Below are positions 7,449-8,078 of a DNA stretch of 8,078 nucleotides, in pieces. The notes under the pieces are model-generated. The model did no database searches. It was not told the origin of the DNA and worked only from the letters and a program-made list of their open reading frames with translations. Location: sequence record OY723380.1. One strand, written 5' to 3'. Position 1 is the first letter of the stretch. Every line of letters begins with the position of its first letter. Made by a program: the position numbers and the translations under genes.

Positions 7449-8078
7449 CATGAAGTACTCATTATGAGTAGGTATACACATCTAATACCACTAGTACAAC
7501 AGCATACACACCATTAGTACCATGTATCCTATGGTATACAGTACATGGGGAGTATAGGTACCATTACACCATGCAGAGGTGTATGGAGTACTATATGGTA
7601 TATAGGGAGTATCCAGTAGTCACCAGATATCATGATATTGCATGCATTTGATGACATGAAAACACATGATTTGATGACATGAAGTACTCATTATGAGTAG
7701 GTATACACATCTAATACCACTAGTACAACAGCATACACACCATTAGTACCATGTATCCTATGGTATACAGTACATGGGGAGTATAGGTACCATTACACCA
7801 TGCAGAGGTGTATGGAGTACTATATGGTATATAGGGAGTATCCAGTAGTCACCAGATATCATGATATTGCATGCATTTGATGACATGAAAACACATGATT
7901 TGATGACATGAAGTACTCATTATGAGTAGGTATACACATCTAATACCACTAGTACAACAGCATACACACCATTAGTACCATGTATCCTATGGTATACAGT
8001 ACATGGGGAGTATAGGTACCATTACACCATGCAGAGGTGTATGGAGTACTATATGGTATATAGGGAGTATCCAGTAGT
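7449..8078. repeat. Tandem array of a 229-bp satellite monomer, about 2.75 units, running off the window end
   Basis: The same landmark TGAAGTACTC recurs at 7451, 7680 and 7909, an exact 229-bp register. The units are identical at every base I compared. The monomer contains no CG dinucleotide. Confidence 0.97.

Larger units (their letters stand above)
4639..7454. repeat. Large composite direct repeat, copy 2
   Basis: Same alignment as copy 1. High identity ends at CATGAA (2811-2816 / 7449-7454), where copy 2 carries an extra 9 bp (GTACTCATT). Beyond that point the two copies are only loosely similar. Confidence 0.97.

Noticed and set aside
1-7454. The two 2.8-kb direct repeats as LTRs of a retrotransposon with a 1.8-kb internal region
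   Set aside because: The internal region has no gag/pol-like ORF. No tRNA-complementary primer-binding site follows 2816, and no polypurine tract precedes 4639. Similarity continues at lower identity past the right boundary. Both repeats merge into satellite monomers and lack defined termini. The left end is outside the window, so termini and target-site duplications cannot be assessed.
7449-8078. A CRISPR array or other prokaryotic repeat-spacer structure
   Set aside because: The repeats are contiguous 229-bp monomers with no unique spacers. Elsewhere there are no regularly spaced 25-40 bp repeats separated by unique spacers of similar size, and no cas-like ORFs.
1-8078. Hidden long ORFs under a reassigned genetic code (TGA=Trp, or TAG/TAA=Gln)
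   Set aside because: TAA, TAG and TGA are all abundant in all frames (CTAGTAG, ATGATGA, TAATG and similar). Reading through any one of them would still leave frames densely interrupted by the others.

Overview
I find no credible protein-coding gene, rRNA, tRNA, CRISPR array or operon-like structure in this window. Every ORF in the six-frame track is 116 aa or shorter. They overlap on both strands and sit inside repeated DNA. The whole 8 kb reads as non-coding, CpG-poor, TG/CA-rich repetitive DNA of the eukaryotic satellite or heterochromatin type. I cannot assign a taxon.

Architecture:
- A composite unit of at least 2.8 kb occurs twice (1-2816 and 4639-7454). I counted 6 substitutions and 4 homopolymer-length differences between the copies.
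- Both copies are embedded in monomers of a 229-bp satellite family. The monomers at 7449-8078 are identical to each other.
- The 1.8-kb segment between the copies holds a divergent monomer, a CTAGTAG-rich low-complexity stretch, a truncated paralogue of the unit head at about 90% identity (3730-3978), a short A/T-cluster domain, and further satellite monomers.

Inside the unit:
- A 64-bp block is invariant in all four copies although its flanks have drifted.
- Sub-repeats of about 22 bp have phased A4/T4 clusters that form small inverted repeats (CYAAAA-N6-7-TTTTRG).
- There is a 12-bp x3 microsatellite, a (CA)3(CG)7 tract and a cluster of CT[GA]AGGAC motifs.

I see no evidence for a novel protein-based system. 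The best candidates for function are the invariant 64-mer and the phased palindromic A/T-cluster motif. Both need whole-genome and database checks that I cannot run here.
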